DNA from: Alphaproteobacteria bacterium
GTDB taxonomy: Bacteria; Pseudomonadota; Alphaproteobacteria; CAAHEQ01; UBA3637
Reading direction: 5' to 3'
DNA: 64,000 nt
Assembly: GCA_015062245.1 (NCBI GenBank)
Contig: SUVA01000004.1
Coordinates: 11,343 to 75,342 of the forward strand
Shown: piece by piece, positions 9,138-19,408 of the stretch
Numbering within the stretch: the stretch's first letter is position 1
Layout of the letters: each line of letters begins with the position of its first letter
Program-made: the position numbers and the translations under genes
The notes under the pieces: generated by a model
Seen by the model: the letters and a program-made list of their open reading frames with translations, nothing else
The model's database searches: none
Told to the model about the DNA's origin: nothing

Positions 9138-11059
9138 CAAATATGTTCACTGCCAAAACGAATTTTACGGCCGGTGAATTATCCCCTGATTTGTTGGGGC
9201 GGGTGGATTTAACCAGCTATCACAACGGCGCACAAGTTCTGGAAAATGTTTTTATTGAACCCACCGGTGGCGTTCATCGCAGACCTGGGTTAAAATTTAT
9301 TTATGAATTACAAACGAAGGGAAGATTAATCGGCTATGAACAAGATAGTGGGCATACTTATTTATTGGTTATACAAAATTACCAAACGAAGATTTTTCAA
9401 AACGATATCTTGATTGAAACATTATCAAGCCCGTGGTCAGACGAACAAATCAATCAAATTCGGTGGTGTTGTCTGTCGGACGGTATTATTGTGGTGCATC
9501 CGGATATTGCCCCGCAACATATCAGGTTGGAAAATGAAAAATGGAATATTCAAGCGTTTGAATTTTTAACCACCAACGGATACCAACAAATCCCCTATCA
9601 CCGATTCAATAATAAAAATACATCTTTATCGGCCAGCGGTTGCACCGGAAATGTTTCTTTAACATCCAGCGCACCTTTATTTGAAACAAAACACATTGAC
9701 CAAGTTTTTAAATTAGCCTCAGGTTATGTTAAAATCACACAAATTTCAGATGCTCAACATGCCAATGCAACTGTTTTAAAAAAGCTGATTGATGACAAAG
9801 ATGCCACCAACGAAACAAAATTAGAACCAACACGTTATTGGGGCGAAGTGGCATGGAATGATGAACACGGTTGGCCCATCAATGTTACCACTTATCAATC
9901 CAGATTGGTTTTCGGCGGTTCCAAAAGCCTGCCCAACACTTTGTGGTTCAGCCAAAGTAATGATTTAGGAAACTTTGAAGAAGGTGATGCCTTGGATAAT
10001 CAAGCCATTTGTTTTTCGTTGATGTCCGATCAGGGCAATAAAATAGTCGCCTTGTTTTCGGGTCGGCATTTACAGGTTTTTACCACCGGTAGTGAATGGA
10101 TGGTATCGGGCAATCCTTTAACACCTGAATCCATTCAGGTGCATCGTCAAACGCAGGTTGGTTCGCCCGATGAAAGTTATGTACCGCCCGTTGGTATTGA
10201 CGGCGCCACCATTTTTGCCAGTGCCAACGGAAAAGAAATTCGTGAGTTTTTGTTTTCGGATTTGGAAGGCATCTATCAGGCCACCGATTTATCTTTGTTG
10301 GCCCACCACCTTATCAACCATCCGATTGATATGGCCTATGATAAATATCAACGTCAGGCCTATATCATCATGCAGGACGGTTCTATGAGTGCTTTGACCA
10401 GCTTTCGTGGAGAAAACATTCAAAGTTGGACACGCCATAAAACACAAGGGAAATTTTTAAATGTGGCCGTATTGGGTAAAAACACCTATTTCATCATTCA
10501 ACGAAAAGACAAAACTTATTTGGAAAAAATGGATGATGAAATGTATATGGATTTTGCCCAAATTCAAACCAGCGAAAATGCCAAAACAAATTGGGACGGC
10601 TGGGATTATCTGAACGGATGGAACGTTCAATTGTTGGCCGATGGTCGTGTTCAGGAAAATCAAGATATTTCAAACGGAACAATTCAATTGAACATCAACG
10701 CACAAAATTTACAATCCGGTTTAGCCTTTACGCATAAGGTTGCCCCATTGCCCCCCGGCGCCCCAGCCAATAACGGTTCGGCACCTGTGGTCAATTGTCG
10801 CTTTGTGCGGGGTGTGTTTCGCCTGATAAACACCAAAAGCTTTGAAATAGATACAGGCTGTGGCGTACATCAGGAAATAAATGAAAATCTGACCAATTAT
10901 GTTTTGGACAGCGCCCCCACCACAAAAACAACAGACATTGTTGTGCGGGGGTTGGGTTGGAAAAGAAAACCAACTGAACCATTATGGATGATTCAAGGCA
11001 ATAAACCCTTACCATTTCAATTGGTTTCAGTTACCTGCGATATTAAAATAGGAGGATAA
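9134..11059 (+). CDS. Tail tubular protein B / nozzle (T7 gp12-like)
   Basis: NFTAGELSP...GGVHRRPG, GWP...YQSRLVFGG, LQVFTTGSEW. Confidence 0.88.
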   Translation: MTNMFTAKTNFTAGELSPDLLGRVDLTSYHNGAQVLENVFIEPTGGVHRRPGLKFIYELQTKGRLIGYEQDSGHTYLLVIQNYQTKIFQNDILIETLSSPWSDEQINQIRWCCLSDGIIVVHPDIAPQHIRLENEKWNIQAFEFLTTNGYQQIPYHRFNNKNTSLSASGCTGNVSLTSSAPLFETKHIDQVFKLASGYVKITQISDAQHANATVLKKLIDDKDATNETKLEPTRYWGEVAWNDEHGWPINVTTYQSRLVFGGSKSLPNTLWFSQSNDLGNFEEGDALDNQAICFSLMSDQGNKIVALFSGRHLQVFTTGSEWMVSGNPLTPESIQVHRQTQVGSPDESYVPPVGIDGATIFASANGKEIREFLFSDLEGIYQATDLSLLAHHLINHPIDMAYDKYQRQAYIIMQDGSMSALTSFRGENIQSWTRHKTQGKFLNVAVLGKNTYFIIQRKDKTYLEKMDDEMYMDFAQIQTSENAKTNWDGWDYLNGWNVQLLADGRVQENQDISNGTIQLNINAQNLQSGLAFTHKVAPLPPGAPANNGSAPVVNCRFVRGVFRLINTKSFEIDTGCGVHQEINENLTNYVLDSAPTTKTTDIVVRGLGWKRKPTEPLWMIQGNKPLPFQLVSVTCDIKIGG

Positions 11060-11060
11060 T

Positions 11061-11537
11061 ATGGAAGCAGCAGTCATTGCAACGGCCGTTTCAATTTTGG
11101 GATCGGCCTATTACACAAAAGCCAACGCAGATCGGCAAAAAAAAGCCATTAAACGATCCAATGCCTATATGGCAGAATCAGCCGCCTTACAGGATCAACA
11201 GGCAAAATTAGCCTTGGCCGAACGTCAAAGAAAAAACAAAAACCTGTTGGCACAACAACAGGCCCGTTATAAGGCCAAACTGGGGTCCATCGGATTGGAC
11301 GGTAAATCAGGCACGGGTCAGACCTATTTAAACGCCATGCAAAAAGAATATGATATGGAAGATAAATACTTGGTCAATCAGGCCAAAATTTCATCAGATG
11401 CCCTGTTAAACAGCTTGAATCATTCAACCGGTACAAATTTATTAAAATTAAACAGTATCAATCAGGCCAGTCAAAATAATATGTATGGCACCTTGGGTAA
11501 TTTGGTTTCCGGTATCAGCCGAACAATGATCAAGTAG
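11061..11537 (+). CDS. Putative internal virion protein (gp14-like)
   Basis: Hydrophobic N-terminus followed by an Ala/Gln-rich helix; lies after the nozzle gene. Confidence 0.55.
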   Translation: MEAAVIATAVSILGSAYYTKANADRQKKAIKRSNAYMAESAALQDQQAKLALAERQRKNKNLLAQQQARYKAKLGSIGLDGKSGTGQTYLNAMQKEYDMEDKYLVNQAKISSDALLNSLNHSTGTNLLKLNSINQASQNNMYGTLGNLVSGISRTMIK

Positions 11538-11540
11538 GTT

Positions 11541-11828
11541 ATGATGAAAGGGGAACTGGAAAATCTGAAACCTTTTTTGGAAAAAGCCGTTCAAGCATAT
11601 CAAGCTTTTGCCCAATCCGATTGCCCCATGCAGGCCAAAGATTTTAACGCCTATCACAGCGCATGTAAATCAGCATTGTTGCATATCGCTTTGCTGGTGA
11701 AAATTTTGGATTTACCCAAAGATAAAAACGAAACACAACAAAATGATTTATTGGATTTAATTCATCAGGCCAAAAAGGATTTAAAAGATGAAAACGACTT
11801 TTCTGGAATTTGTATGGATTTGGGATAA
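11541..11828 (+). CDS. Small helical protein, candidate terminase small subunit
   Basis: Directly precedes and overlaps terL; AKDFNAYHSACKSALLHI. Confidence 0.45.
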   Translation: MMKGELENLKPFLEKAVQAYQAFAQSDCPMQAKDFNAYHSACKSALLHIALLVKILDLPKDKNETQQNDLLDLIHQAKKDLKDENDFSGICMDLG

Positions 11829-13179
11829 GATGCAAAATCTGATGGTGCCGAATCACCACAAAATAATGGGGCGTTTTTTGTCTGAACTTTATTTTTCAAA
11901 AGGGCGCAGACAGGCTGTCTTGATGGCCTTTCGCAATTCAGGAAAATCAACCATTGTCGGATTGTTTTGCGCTTGGCTTTTAACACAAAATCCAAATTTA
12001 AGATTATTGGTTTTATCGGCCGATCATGCTTTGGCACAAAAGATGGTCCGGCATATCAAACATATTTTGGAACAACATCCTTTATGCGATGGTTTAAAAC
12101 CAAACCATGCCGAAGAATGGGCCGGTGATAAATTGACCGTTCAACGCCCTGTCAAAGGGCGTGATCCATCTGTGTTGGCCCGTGGTTTAAACGCCAATAT
12201 CACAGGGTGCCGAGCCGATATTATTTTGTGTGATGATGTGGAAGTTCCCAAAACATGCAATACCGCATCCAAACGACAGGATTTAATACAAAAACTGGAT
12301 GAATTGGATTACATATTATCGCCTGACGGATTGATTTTATATATTGGGACACCCCATACACGCCAAACAATTTACCACAAACCCGATTGGAAAATTTTAA
12401 AATTGCCGATTATGGATAAAAACGGACAATCCGTTTGGCCCGAAAGATTTTCTTTGGATAAGATAAACCAAATCAAAAAAACAACACCCCGCTTTAAATT
12501 TTTAAGCCAAATGATGTTAGAAGCGGTGGCCTTGGATAATCAACGGCTGGATGATAAAAAATTAAAAATTTATTCGCAAGGTTTGGATTATACCGAAGCC
12601 AATGGAAAAGCCGTTTTAAAATTAAACGGGCATAGGTTGGTTTCAGGTTGCGCCTGGTGGGATCCGGCCTTTGGTAAAGTCGGTGGTGATAAAAGCGTTG
12701 TCGCATGCGTTTTTTCGGACGCAAACGGTTTTCATTACATCCATCAATTATTATATTTAACCGTTCCAGAAAACGAAGAAGCAACCTCTTATCAATGTCA
12801 AAAAGTTGTTCAGTTTTTAAAAGAATTGATGTTGCCGGCCATTCATTTGGAAACAAACGGTATCGGGCGATTTTTACCGGCCCTGTTGCGTCAGGAATTA
12901 TCCCGCCAACGATTGGCGGTGGCCGTGTTGGAAGAAACCGCCCGACAAAATAAAACCGAACGCATTTTGGGCGCCATAGAACCACCGCTTTTAAACGGCA
13001 ACCTATACGCCCACGAAAGTGTTTTAAAAACACCTTTTATTTATGAAATGCAAGACTTTAATACATCGGGAAATACCCATGATGACGGCTTGGATGCCGT
13101 GGCGGGATGTTTGTTGAGCGAACCTGTTCGTTTGAAAACTTTACCGTTTTTTTATAAACAACGCCCCCTGTGGCGATAA
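11788..13179 (+). CDS. terL: Terminase large subunit (T7-like)
   Basis: Walker A AFRNSGKS, Walker B IILCDDVE, YIGTPH, nuclease WWDPA and HDDGLDA. Confidence 0.92.
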   Translation: MKTTFLEFVWIWDKMQNLMVPNHHKIMGRFLSELYFSKGRRQAVLMAFRNSGKSTIVGLFCAWLLTQNPNLRLLVLSADHALAQKMVRHIKHILEQHPLCDGLKPNHAEEWAGDKLTVQRPVKGRDPSVLARGLNANITGCRADIILCDDVEVPKTCNTASKRQDLIQKLDELDYILSPDGLILYIGTPHTRQTIYHKPDWKILKLPIMDKNGQSVWPERFSLDKINQIKKTTPRFKFLSQMMLEAVALDNQRLDDKKLKIYSQGLDYTEANGKAVLKLNGHRLVSGCAWWDPAFGKVGGDKSVVACVFSDANGFHYIHQLLYLTVPENEEATSYQCQKVVQFLKELMLPAIHLETNGIGRFLPALLRQELSRQRLAVAVLEETARQNKTERILGAIEPPLLNGNLYAHESVLKTPFIYEMQDFNTSGNTHDDGLDAVAGCLLSEPVRLKTLPFFYKQRPLWR

Positions 13180-13188
13180 GGAGAAAAA

Positions 13189-13593
13189 ATGACAGAAGAA
13201 GAAATCTTTTCAAAAACAATTTACGGTGAAGCCCGTGGCGAATCTTTGGCCGGTCAAGAGGCGGTGGCCAATGTGATACTCAATCGGGTTAAAATGAATC
13301 TGATTCAACCGATGTGGTGGGGCAAAAATATCCGTGAAGTATGTTTAAAGCCCAAACAATTTTCGTGTTGGAATCATAATGATGTCAATTACAAAATTTT
13401 AAAAAGCGATTTATCCCAAAATCCCGTTTATCAGATTTGCCAAAGAATTGTCAAACGTGCTTTGGCCGGTGTATTGACAGATAACACAAACGGTGCCACA
13501 CACTATCACACCATTGAATGTCATCCCCTGTGGGCCAGACATTTGATTCCGTGCGCCCAAATCGGCAATCATTTGTTTTATAAAAATGTTTAA
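13189..13593 (+). CDS. Cell wall hydrolase (SleB/Hydrolase_2), putative endolysin
   Basis: TIYGEARGE...VANVILNR...QFSCWN...GATHYH...IGNHLFY. Confidence 0.9.
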   Translation: MTEEEIFSKTIYGEARGESLAGQEAVANVILNRVKMNLIQPMWWGKNIREVCLKPKQFSCWNHNDVNYKILKSDLSQNPVYQICQRIVKRALAGVLTDNTNGATHYHTIECHPLWARHLIPCAQIGNHLFYKNV

Positions 13594-13603
13594 GGAGAAT
13601 TTT

Positions 13604-13834
13604 ATGCCAGCCCCTAACCTATCCATAGAAATCGGAAAATTGATGGCGTCTGTTTCATTGTTGCAACAACAACTGGGCGAAATCAAACAACAAGTTGATA
13701 CGCTGTATGTCAATTTAAAGCAAGAATTTGTTTTAAAAAATGAAATTACACCGATTAAAAATTTAATCACAATTATTGTGGCCACAACAGGCACTGCCTT
13801 GATTATGGCTTTGTTAAACCTTGTTTTAAAATAG
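13604..13834 (+). CDS. Coiled-coil + C-terminal TM protein (holin/hemolysin XhlA-like)
   Basis: AAGGAG RBS; single C-terminal hydrophobic helix; follows the endolysin. Confidence 0.55.
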   Translation: MPAPNLSIEIGKLMASVSLLQQQLGEIKQQVDTLYVNLKQEFVLKNEITPIKNLITIIVATTGTALIMALLNLVLK

Positions 13835-13843
13835 GAGAATAAA

Positions 13844-14023
13844 ATGTTAAACTTTATTATCAATCACTTTTATGATTTTATCACAGCATTGACATCTATC
13901 GTTACGGGGGCCAGCGTTTTAACCGCCATTACCCCCAATTCAAAGGACGACAAAATTGTATCAAAAATCAAAAACGTTTTGGATGTTTGCGCCCTAAACG
14001 TGGCCAATGCCAAGCCGGCCTAA
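13844..14023 (+). CDS. 59-aa holin-like membrane peptide (not in ORF track)
   Basis: AGGAG RBS; MLNFIINHFYDFITALTSIVTGASVLTAITPNSKDDKIVSKIKNVLDVCALNVANAKPA. Confidence 0.7.
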   Translation: MLNFIINHFYDFITALTSIVTGASVLTAITPNSKDDKIVSKIKNVLDVCALNVANAKPA

Positions 14024-15141
14024 CCGCCCAAGCCCATACCGCTGACCATTTGATCCTGCATGGCAAAGGTTCCCCAAACCACCCAACCGATAACACCGGC
14101 AATGGACAAAATAGCAATTGAGTTTAAAATTTCCGCCTGCTTTCCGATGGTGCGAACGGATGATTCCAACCAACCGTTGGCCAAATTTTCCAATGCTTCG
14201 GCAAAGGTATCCAATTCCGAATAAATCCGCAAATCGCCAATCACTTCATCATCGGGAAAACCATATCGGCTATGATACAACGCTTCACCCAAGTTATCAC
14301 CGTTACTGATAAACATCAAAGCTCGATTTAAACGGCTTTTTAAATAGGGACTGGAATCATCACCAATCAAAGAACGAACCGCCTTTGATACCGGCATACC
14401 CGCACGCACCAAAGCCGATAAAGCCAGCAACCAGCTGACCCCAACAAAACCACGATAAATGGACCAAGGCGGAAATTTATCAAAAGCCGCCCGCCCCCAA
14501 CCTTTCCAATAAGGAAATGTAATCATCACACAAATACTGATTGTCGGCACAATGGCAAACAATAATATCGGGTGTTGGTCCACAAAGTTAGATAAATCAA
14601 TCAAACTTTTGGCCACACCTTTCCATTGTAAATTTGGCACGGCTTCTTTCATCGGTGGCACCATAAATTTGGCCACACCCCAAATCAACAAAGCAACCAT
14701 GCACAGCAAAAACAAAGGATAGGCCACAGCGCCCCATACCAAAGCGCGCATTTTGTTCATACCTTCCACCACACGCACCGTATGTTCCAAGGCCAATTCC
14801 AAATTCGCCACATCACCCACAGACAGCAACAGCAATTCATTTTGTGGCGCCCATCCACGCAAAGATTCAGAAAACGTTTGACCGTTTCGGATTTTTGTCA
14901 TCCAGTTAGCAACGGCCATCGCCATTGTATCTGTTGGACTTTTACCGTCTTTTGAAGCAATTTGATACAACCGTTCCAAAGCATCCATCAAAGAGAATCT
15001 GTTTTTCAAAAGGGCCGACAATTTACGATACATTTCCAACCGATCTTCGGCGTGTAAGCGCACCATAAATTGCGCATAGGCCATATTGATAGATTCCAAT
15101 GTACCGCCTTTTAATCTTATTTCTTCTTTTTTTTGTGCCAT
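14020..15141 (-). CDS. pilR: Type IVb pilus platform protein (PilR/BfpE, T2SS F family)
   Basis: Two T2SSF-like repeats and three TM segments; follows the ATPase gene. Confidence 0.85.
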   Translation of the reverse strand: MAQKKEEIRLKGGTLESINMAYAQFMVRLHAEDRLEMYRKLSALLKNRFSLMDALERLYQIASKDGKSPTDTMAMAVANWMTKIRNGQTFSESLRGWAPQNELLLLSVGDVANLELALEHTVRVVEGMNKMRALVWGAVAYPLFLLCMVALLIWGVAKFMVPPMKEAVPNLQWKGVAKSLIDLSNFVDQHPILLFAIVPTISICVMITFPYWKGWGRAAFDKFPPWSIYRGFVGVSWLLALSALVRAGMPVSKAVRSLIGDDSSPYLKSRLNRALMFISNGDNLGEALYHSRYGFPDDEVIGDLRIYSELDTFAEALENLANGWLESSVRTIGKQAEILNSIAILSIAGVIGWVVWGTFAMQDQMVSGMGLGG

Positions 15142-15153
15142 GTTACACCATCC

Positions 15154-17124
15154 TTAAATCAGGTTCGGTTGATTGAGCTGACCACACCAACGTTCCACTT
15201 CTTCAATATCAAACTCACCTTTAAACATATGTTCTATGGCCCCTTCTTTCAAGGTACGGCCATGTAAATCCGTTACCCAATAATTTAAAGCCTTTTGTGT
15301 TTCACCTTTTAACATCAAATCCAAAAAGGTTGTATCGGGCAAAATAAATTCCGCCACGGCCGAACGACCGCTGACACCACGAAAATCACATTCTTCACAC
15401 CCTGCCCCACGCAAATAGGTGTTTTCCAATCCGATATCCCCATAGGCTTCACGCAAACGTTGAACGGCCGGATGATTCAATTGTGTTTTGGTTGCCACAC
15501 GACAAAACGGACAAACTTTACGGAACAAACGTTGCGCCAACATACCACGCATAATGGACGGATCCTGTAATTTAAAATCTTCCACACCGATATCCTTTAA
15601 ACGCAACAAAACCGCCGAAGCCGTATTGGCGTGCAAAGTTGTCCACACGTTATGACCTGACAAAGCACCACGGAAAGCCAAATCGGCCGCAGAAAGTGTA
15701 CGAATTTCACCGATCATCAATGAATCAGGGTCAGAACGCAACGCCGCCGACAAAGCCTTGGTAAATTCACGGTCTTTGGCTTCTTCTATGCCGGCATTTG
15801 TCACCGGCATCTGACGGGCCCCAGGGATGGGATATTCGGGCGGATCTTCCACCGTAATCAAGTTGGTTTCATAATTACGTTCTTTTAGCATGGAAATCAT
15901 ATTACGTTGCAAGGTTGTGGATTTTCCCGAACCGGTCGGCCCCGACACAACCACAATTCCCGTGGGTAATGACCGCAAATATCTGAATTTTTCAATATCA
16001 TAATCCGAAAAACCCAAACTTTCAAGTGCTTGATCGCCGGTGGCCGCATTTTCATCCGCATACAATAAACGGATAATCACATAACGTGTACCAAAGGCAA
16101 TCGGGTTAAATTGCAAACGCAAACCCAAAACAGATTTCGGCAATACCAAACGCCCACCCGAACCACGCAAGGGCGTACGCCCCAATTTTTGGGCCGCCTG
16201 ATATTCATTTTGGGCATAGTTGGAATCCGAAACGTCCGCCGAAGCAAAGGCTGCACGCACAAAACTTTCGCCCCAATCTTTATTGTATTCCATTTCTGTT
16301 TGCATCAAACCGTTGACACGGAATAAAACCGTTGTATGATCGGCCACTACGATATGAATATCGGACACGTGATTGATGGCGGCACGGGAAATCACCGTCA
16401 CAAAGTCCCGTTGCATACGTGTTTGACGTTGTGCCTCTTCGGCACTGATGGTATCCGTGGCAGTACGAATTTGATCGGCGTATGTATAAATCGCCAACAA
16501 TTCAGAAGGTGTCACATATTCGGGATCTGAAATTTGCAAACGCCTTTTTTTGGCCAAATATTCAAACCCCAAAACACGACCGTCATATTTACTTTCTTCT
16601 ACCACAAAAAAACGGCCGTTTGAAAACAAAGCCAACAACTTGCGTGTTTCTTCATTGACGGGAAAGGATCCTGTTTCCGATGTCATACATTCGTTTGAAT
16701 TATCATATAAATCCTTTAAAAAACGAACAGAACTATGATCGTTCGGATCCACTTCATATGAGTAAAGTTCTTTTTTATTGTCTTCTTCGGCGTGCGGATC
16801 TTCTTCAACGGTCAATTTTGTTTGAGCCGTAATTTCCTCAGGCACAACCTCTTGTTGTGGTTGTTGAGGGGGTGTATCTGAAAATTCCTTTAACGTATCC
16901 AATGATTCCGATAAATTTTGACGGGGTGCCAAAATATCGGATGATGAAAACCCCTGATTATCACCTGTTTGCGGTTGCTGTGATGATTGTTGAATATCCG
17001 AAGAAACGGCTTGCCCCGGTAATACCGGGGACGAAAAAACACCATCGGATTTTTCAATACCGTTGTTTTCAGATACAGTTTCAGAAATGATTTTTTGATC
17101 TTCTCCCACCATCTTAAAATCCAA
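15154..17124 (-). CDS. pilQ: Type IVb pilus assembly ATPase (PilQ, GspE/PulE family)
   Basis: SDIHI, GPTGSGKSTT, TVEDPPEY, LRSDPD.IGEIR, TTLHAN, CxxC...CxxC. Confidence 0.92.
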   Translation of the reverse strand: MDFKMVGEDQKIISETVSENNGIEKSDGVFSSPVLPGQAVSSDIQQSSQQPQTGDNQGFSSSDILAPRQNLSESLDTLKEFSDTPPQQPQQEVVPEEITAQTKLTVEEDPHAEEDNKKELYSYEVDPNDHSSVRFLKDLYDNSNECMTSETGSFPVNEETRKLLALFSNGRFFVVEESKYDGRVLGFEYLAKKRRLQISDPEYVTPSELLAIYTYADQIRTATDTISAEEAQRQTRMQRDFVTVISRAAINHVSDIHIVVADHTTVLFRVNGLMQTEMEYNKDWGESFVRAAFASADVSDSNYAQNEYQAAQKLGRTPLRGSGGRLVLPKSVLGLRLQFNPIAFGTRYVIIRLLYADENAATGDQALESLGFSDYDIEKFRYLRSLPTGIVVVSGPTGSGKSTTLQRNMISMLKERNYETNLITVEDPPEYPIPGARQMPVTNAGIEEAKDREFTKALSAALRSDPDSLMIGEIRTLSAADLAFRGALSGHNVWTTLHANTASAVLLRLKDIGVEDFKLQDPSIMRGMLAQRLFRKVCPFCRVATKTQLNHPAVQRLREAYGDIGLENTYLRGAGCEECDFRGVSGRSAVAEFILPDTTFLDLMLKGETQKALNYWVTDLHGRTLKEGAIEHMFKGEFDIEEVERWCGQLNQPNLI

Positions 17125-17129
17125 TCAAA

Positions 17130-18050
17130 CTAAAACGTAATCACATATTCGGCATTATCACGCAATAAAATAACACTGTCTGGTGTAACGGCTGTTACAA
17201 TTTCGCCCAGCAAATTTTCACCCGTACGAACAGTGGTAATTTGATTAGAGGCTGTATTTTTGACACGGGCCTGTAAATTACCACGGGTTCCTTTAACATC
17301 CACCAAAACATAAGACGGATGTGTAACGATGGGTTCCAAATCGGCATCTGTTGTTTCGTCAACAACAACGGCTTCCGGCACCAACTGAACCTGTTGTTGA
17401 GCCTGGGCTTGTGCCTGCGCTTGGGCCTCTTGAACAGCCCGTTGCGCCTCAGCTAATTGTTCTTTTAAGGCCTCGGCTTCCTGACGTTGAGCTTTTAATT
17501 CTTCGGCTTCCTGACGTTGTTTTTCGGCTTCCAAACGCAATTTTTCCTGTTCTTGCCACCATTGAATACGCGTCCGAATCACATCTTCACGTTTGGCAAT
17601 TTCATCCAAGCGATTTTGACGATAGGTTGCCCGCAAGTTTTCCAAATCATTTGTCATCTGAGCCTTTTGAATTTGTAATTTCAAAAAGGCATTATCTCTT
17701 TCCAATTCGGCCATTTCTTCAAAAACATCCGGATTTAAACGACCCAATAATTGTTCACTGGGATAATCATTATCACCCACAGATTCCGAAAAAGGCGCCG
17801 GCCCCGTGATATTTGTTTCACCAACACCGGGTAAGGTTGTCAGTTCCAATTCGTCCATAGAAGTACGGGCAGAAAAATCAACCGTTTTTTTATTGCTTAA
17901 ATCAATATCCGTCAATCCCAACGATTTTGAAACATCCGGTTGAGGTGCTTCGGTTTTGGGCGGGACAGTTGTATCAATCGTCATTGCCCAAGCGGGTACG
18001 GTTAAAAAAGAAATCACGAACAATGTTTTTAAAAATGTTTTATTTTGCAT
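17130..18050 (-). CDS. PilP-like type IVb pilus protein with coiled coil
   Basis: Signal peptide, long E/Q/A coiled coil and C-terminal beta domain; positioned between pilO and pilQ. Confidence 0.65.
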   Translation of the reverse strand: MQNKTFLKTLFVISFLTVPAWAMTIDTTVPPKTEAPQPDVSKSLGLTDIDLSNKKTVDFSARTSMDELELTTLPGVGETNITGPAPFSESVGDNDYPSEQLLGRLNPDVFEEMAELERDNAFLKLQIQKAQMTNDLENLRATYRQNRLDEIAKREDVIRTRIQWWQEQEKLRLEAEKQRQEAEELKAQRQEAEALKEQLAEAQRAVQEAQAQAQAQAQQQVQLVPEAVVVDETTDADLEPIVTHPSYVLVDVKGTRGNLQARVKNTASNQITTVRTGENLLGEIVTAVTPDSVILLRDNAEYVITF

Positions 18051-19398
18051 AGATTCTTCCCTCATACTTCCATTTGTTTGTTGCATCGCCGGACGGCGTA
18101 TATTCCAGTTTTGTTATTTCCAAACCGGAAAACTTTTCAAAAAACGACAACCATTCCATCGGGGCATACGGTGATAAAACCACAAAAGAATAGTATGTGT
18201 ATGTTTTTTGATTGGGTGGACGTGTTCCATCGGCCCGATTGGGCGGATCCAACAGCGTTTGACGGTTAAATTGAAAACTTAAACCAGTTGCCTGTTGAAT
18301 TTCACGAATGTCTTCTTCTAATTCTATCGGGGTCATTTTGGGTTCAGATGAAACAGTGGACAGCTTTGTATCAAAAGTGACCATACCGGTGGCCGATGTT
18401 CCATCAGATTTAATATCAATTTTAAAATTCGGATTTAATTGATATTCATTGACACCATATCGCATCCAAGACAAACGCCCCAATTTGGGATCGGACAATC
18501 GCCAATTGGTCATCACTTCGCCCGGGGTACATTGGATTGTTCCCATGGTCCACCCCGGCACAATAACCGAACGCACCTGATAAGCGGTATCCCAACAACG
18601 ATCAAAAAATTGCTTCATATCCGGCAAAACTTCCCATGGCTTATGGGTGGCAGTTGGCGGTGGTGCCTGAACCCCTATTCCCGTTGTACCGGTAGGTTTG
18701 CGAATCACATCTGTATCATCGGTGAAAACTTCACTTAAAACCTGAACCAACATCCAAATTAAATAGCCCAACCCTAAAACAATCAAAAGCGCAATTGCCA
18801 ACAAAAACTTTGTTCTTTTTTGGGCATTGATGGATTGCAAACGAACCTTGCGGGTACCATGAACAAGCTTGGTTAAATCTTCCTGTTGAACGCCTTCAAT
18901 ATTCCATTCGGGCGGTACAATACGAATTCCCCAATCCGGCACCGCCATCATAGAGGCATAAGCCTTTTGTGCTTCCACTTCGGTGGCAAAAACAATATCC
19001 TCTTCGGCCAAAATTAAATCGTTACGAATGGCAATCAACCACCATCCTTCATCCACACGGAAAACAGCACAAACAGAACTGTATTCGGTTAAAACAGACG
19101 CCACGGCGGCCGCCAAAGACGGCATACCGTCACGATGCCCTAAATCGCTGTACCCCATACCGTATTGCGGGGTTGCCGCCGGACGCAAACAGTATAAATC
19201 GGCCCCTGTTTCGCTGTCGGCAGATTCGCGAATTTCAACAATCGGATCGTCCAGATTTTGAACCGGTTGCCATACCAAGCCAACCGCATATTTTTGACCG
19301 TCAACGGTCACAACACCGGTTGAGGAACGTTTGACGACCTCTTCCCGTGTTGTTTCCAATTGGTCAATTAAATTTGCCGGTTGTTCTTCTTTTTCCAT
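18040..19398 (-). CDS. pilO: Type IVb pilus accessory protein PilO2
   Basis: YAVGLVWQP, SLAAAVA, central TM helix, PW...VPGW motifs. Confidence 0.8.
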   Translation of the reverse strand: MEKEEQPANLIDQLETTREEVVKRSSTGVVTVDGQKYAVGLVWQPVQNLDDPIVEIRESADSETGADLYCLRPAATPQYGMGYSDLGHRDGMPSLAAAVASVLTEYSSVCAVFRVDEGWWLIAIRNDLILAEEDIVFATEVEAQKAYASMMAVPDWGIRIVPPEWNIEGVQQEDLTKLVHGTRKVRLQSINAQKRTKFLLAIALLIVLGLGYLIWMLVQVLSEVFTDDTDVIRKPTGTTGIGVQAPPPTATHKPWEVLPDMKQFFDRCWDTAYQVRSVIVPGWTMGTIQCTPGEVMTNWRLSDPKLGRLSWMRYGVNEYQLNPNFKIDIKSDGTSATGMVTFDTKLSTVSSEPKMTPIELEEDIREIQQATGLSFQFNRQTLLDPPNRADGTRPPNQKTYTYYSFVVLSPYAPMEWLSFFEKFSGLEITKLEYTPSGDATNKWKYEGRIYAK

Positions 19399-19408
19399 AC
19401 GGACTCCT

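Noticed and set aside
3500-14023. Complete inducible prophage
   Set aside because: No integrase, att sites or replication module, and the tail fibre is unlinked. A decayed prophage cannot be fully excluded without comparative data.
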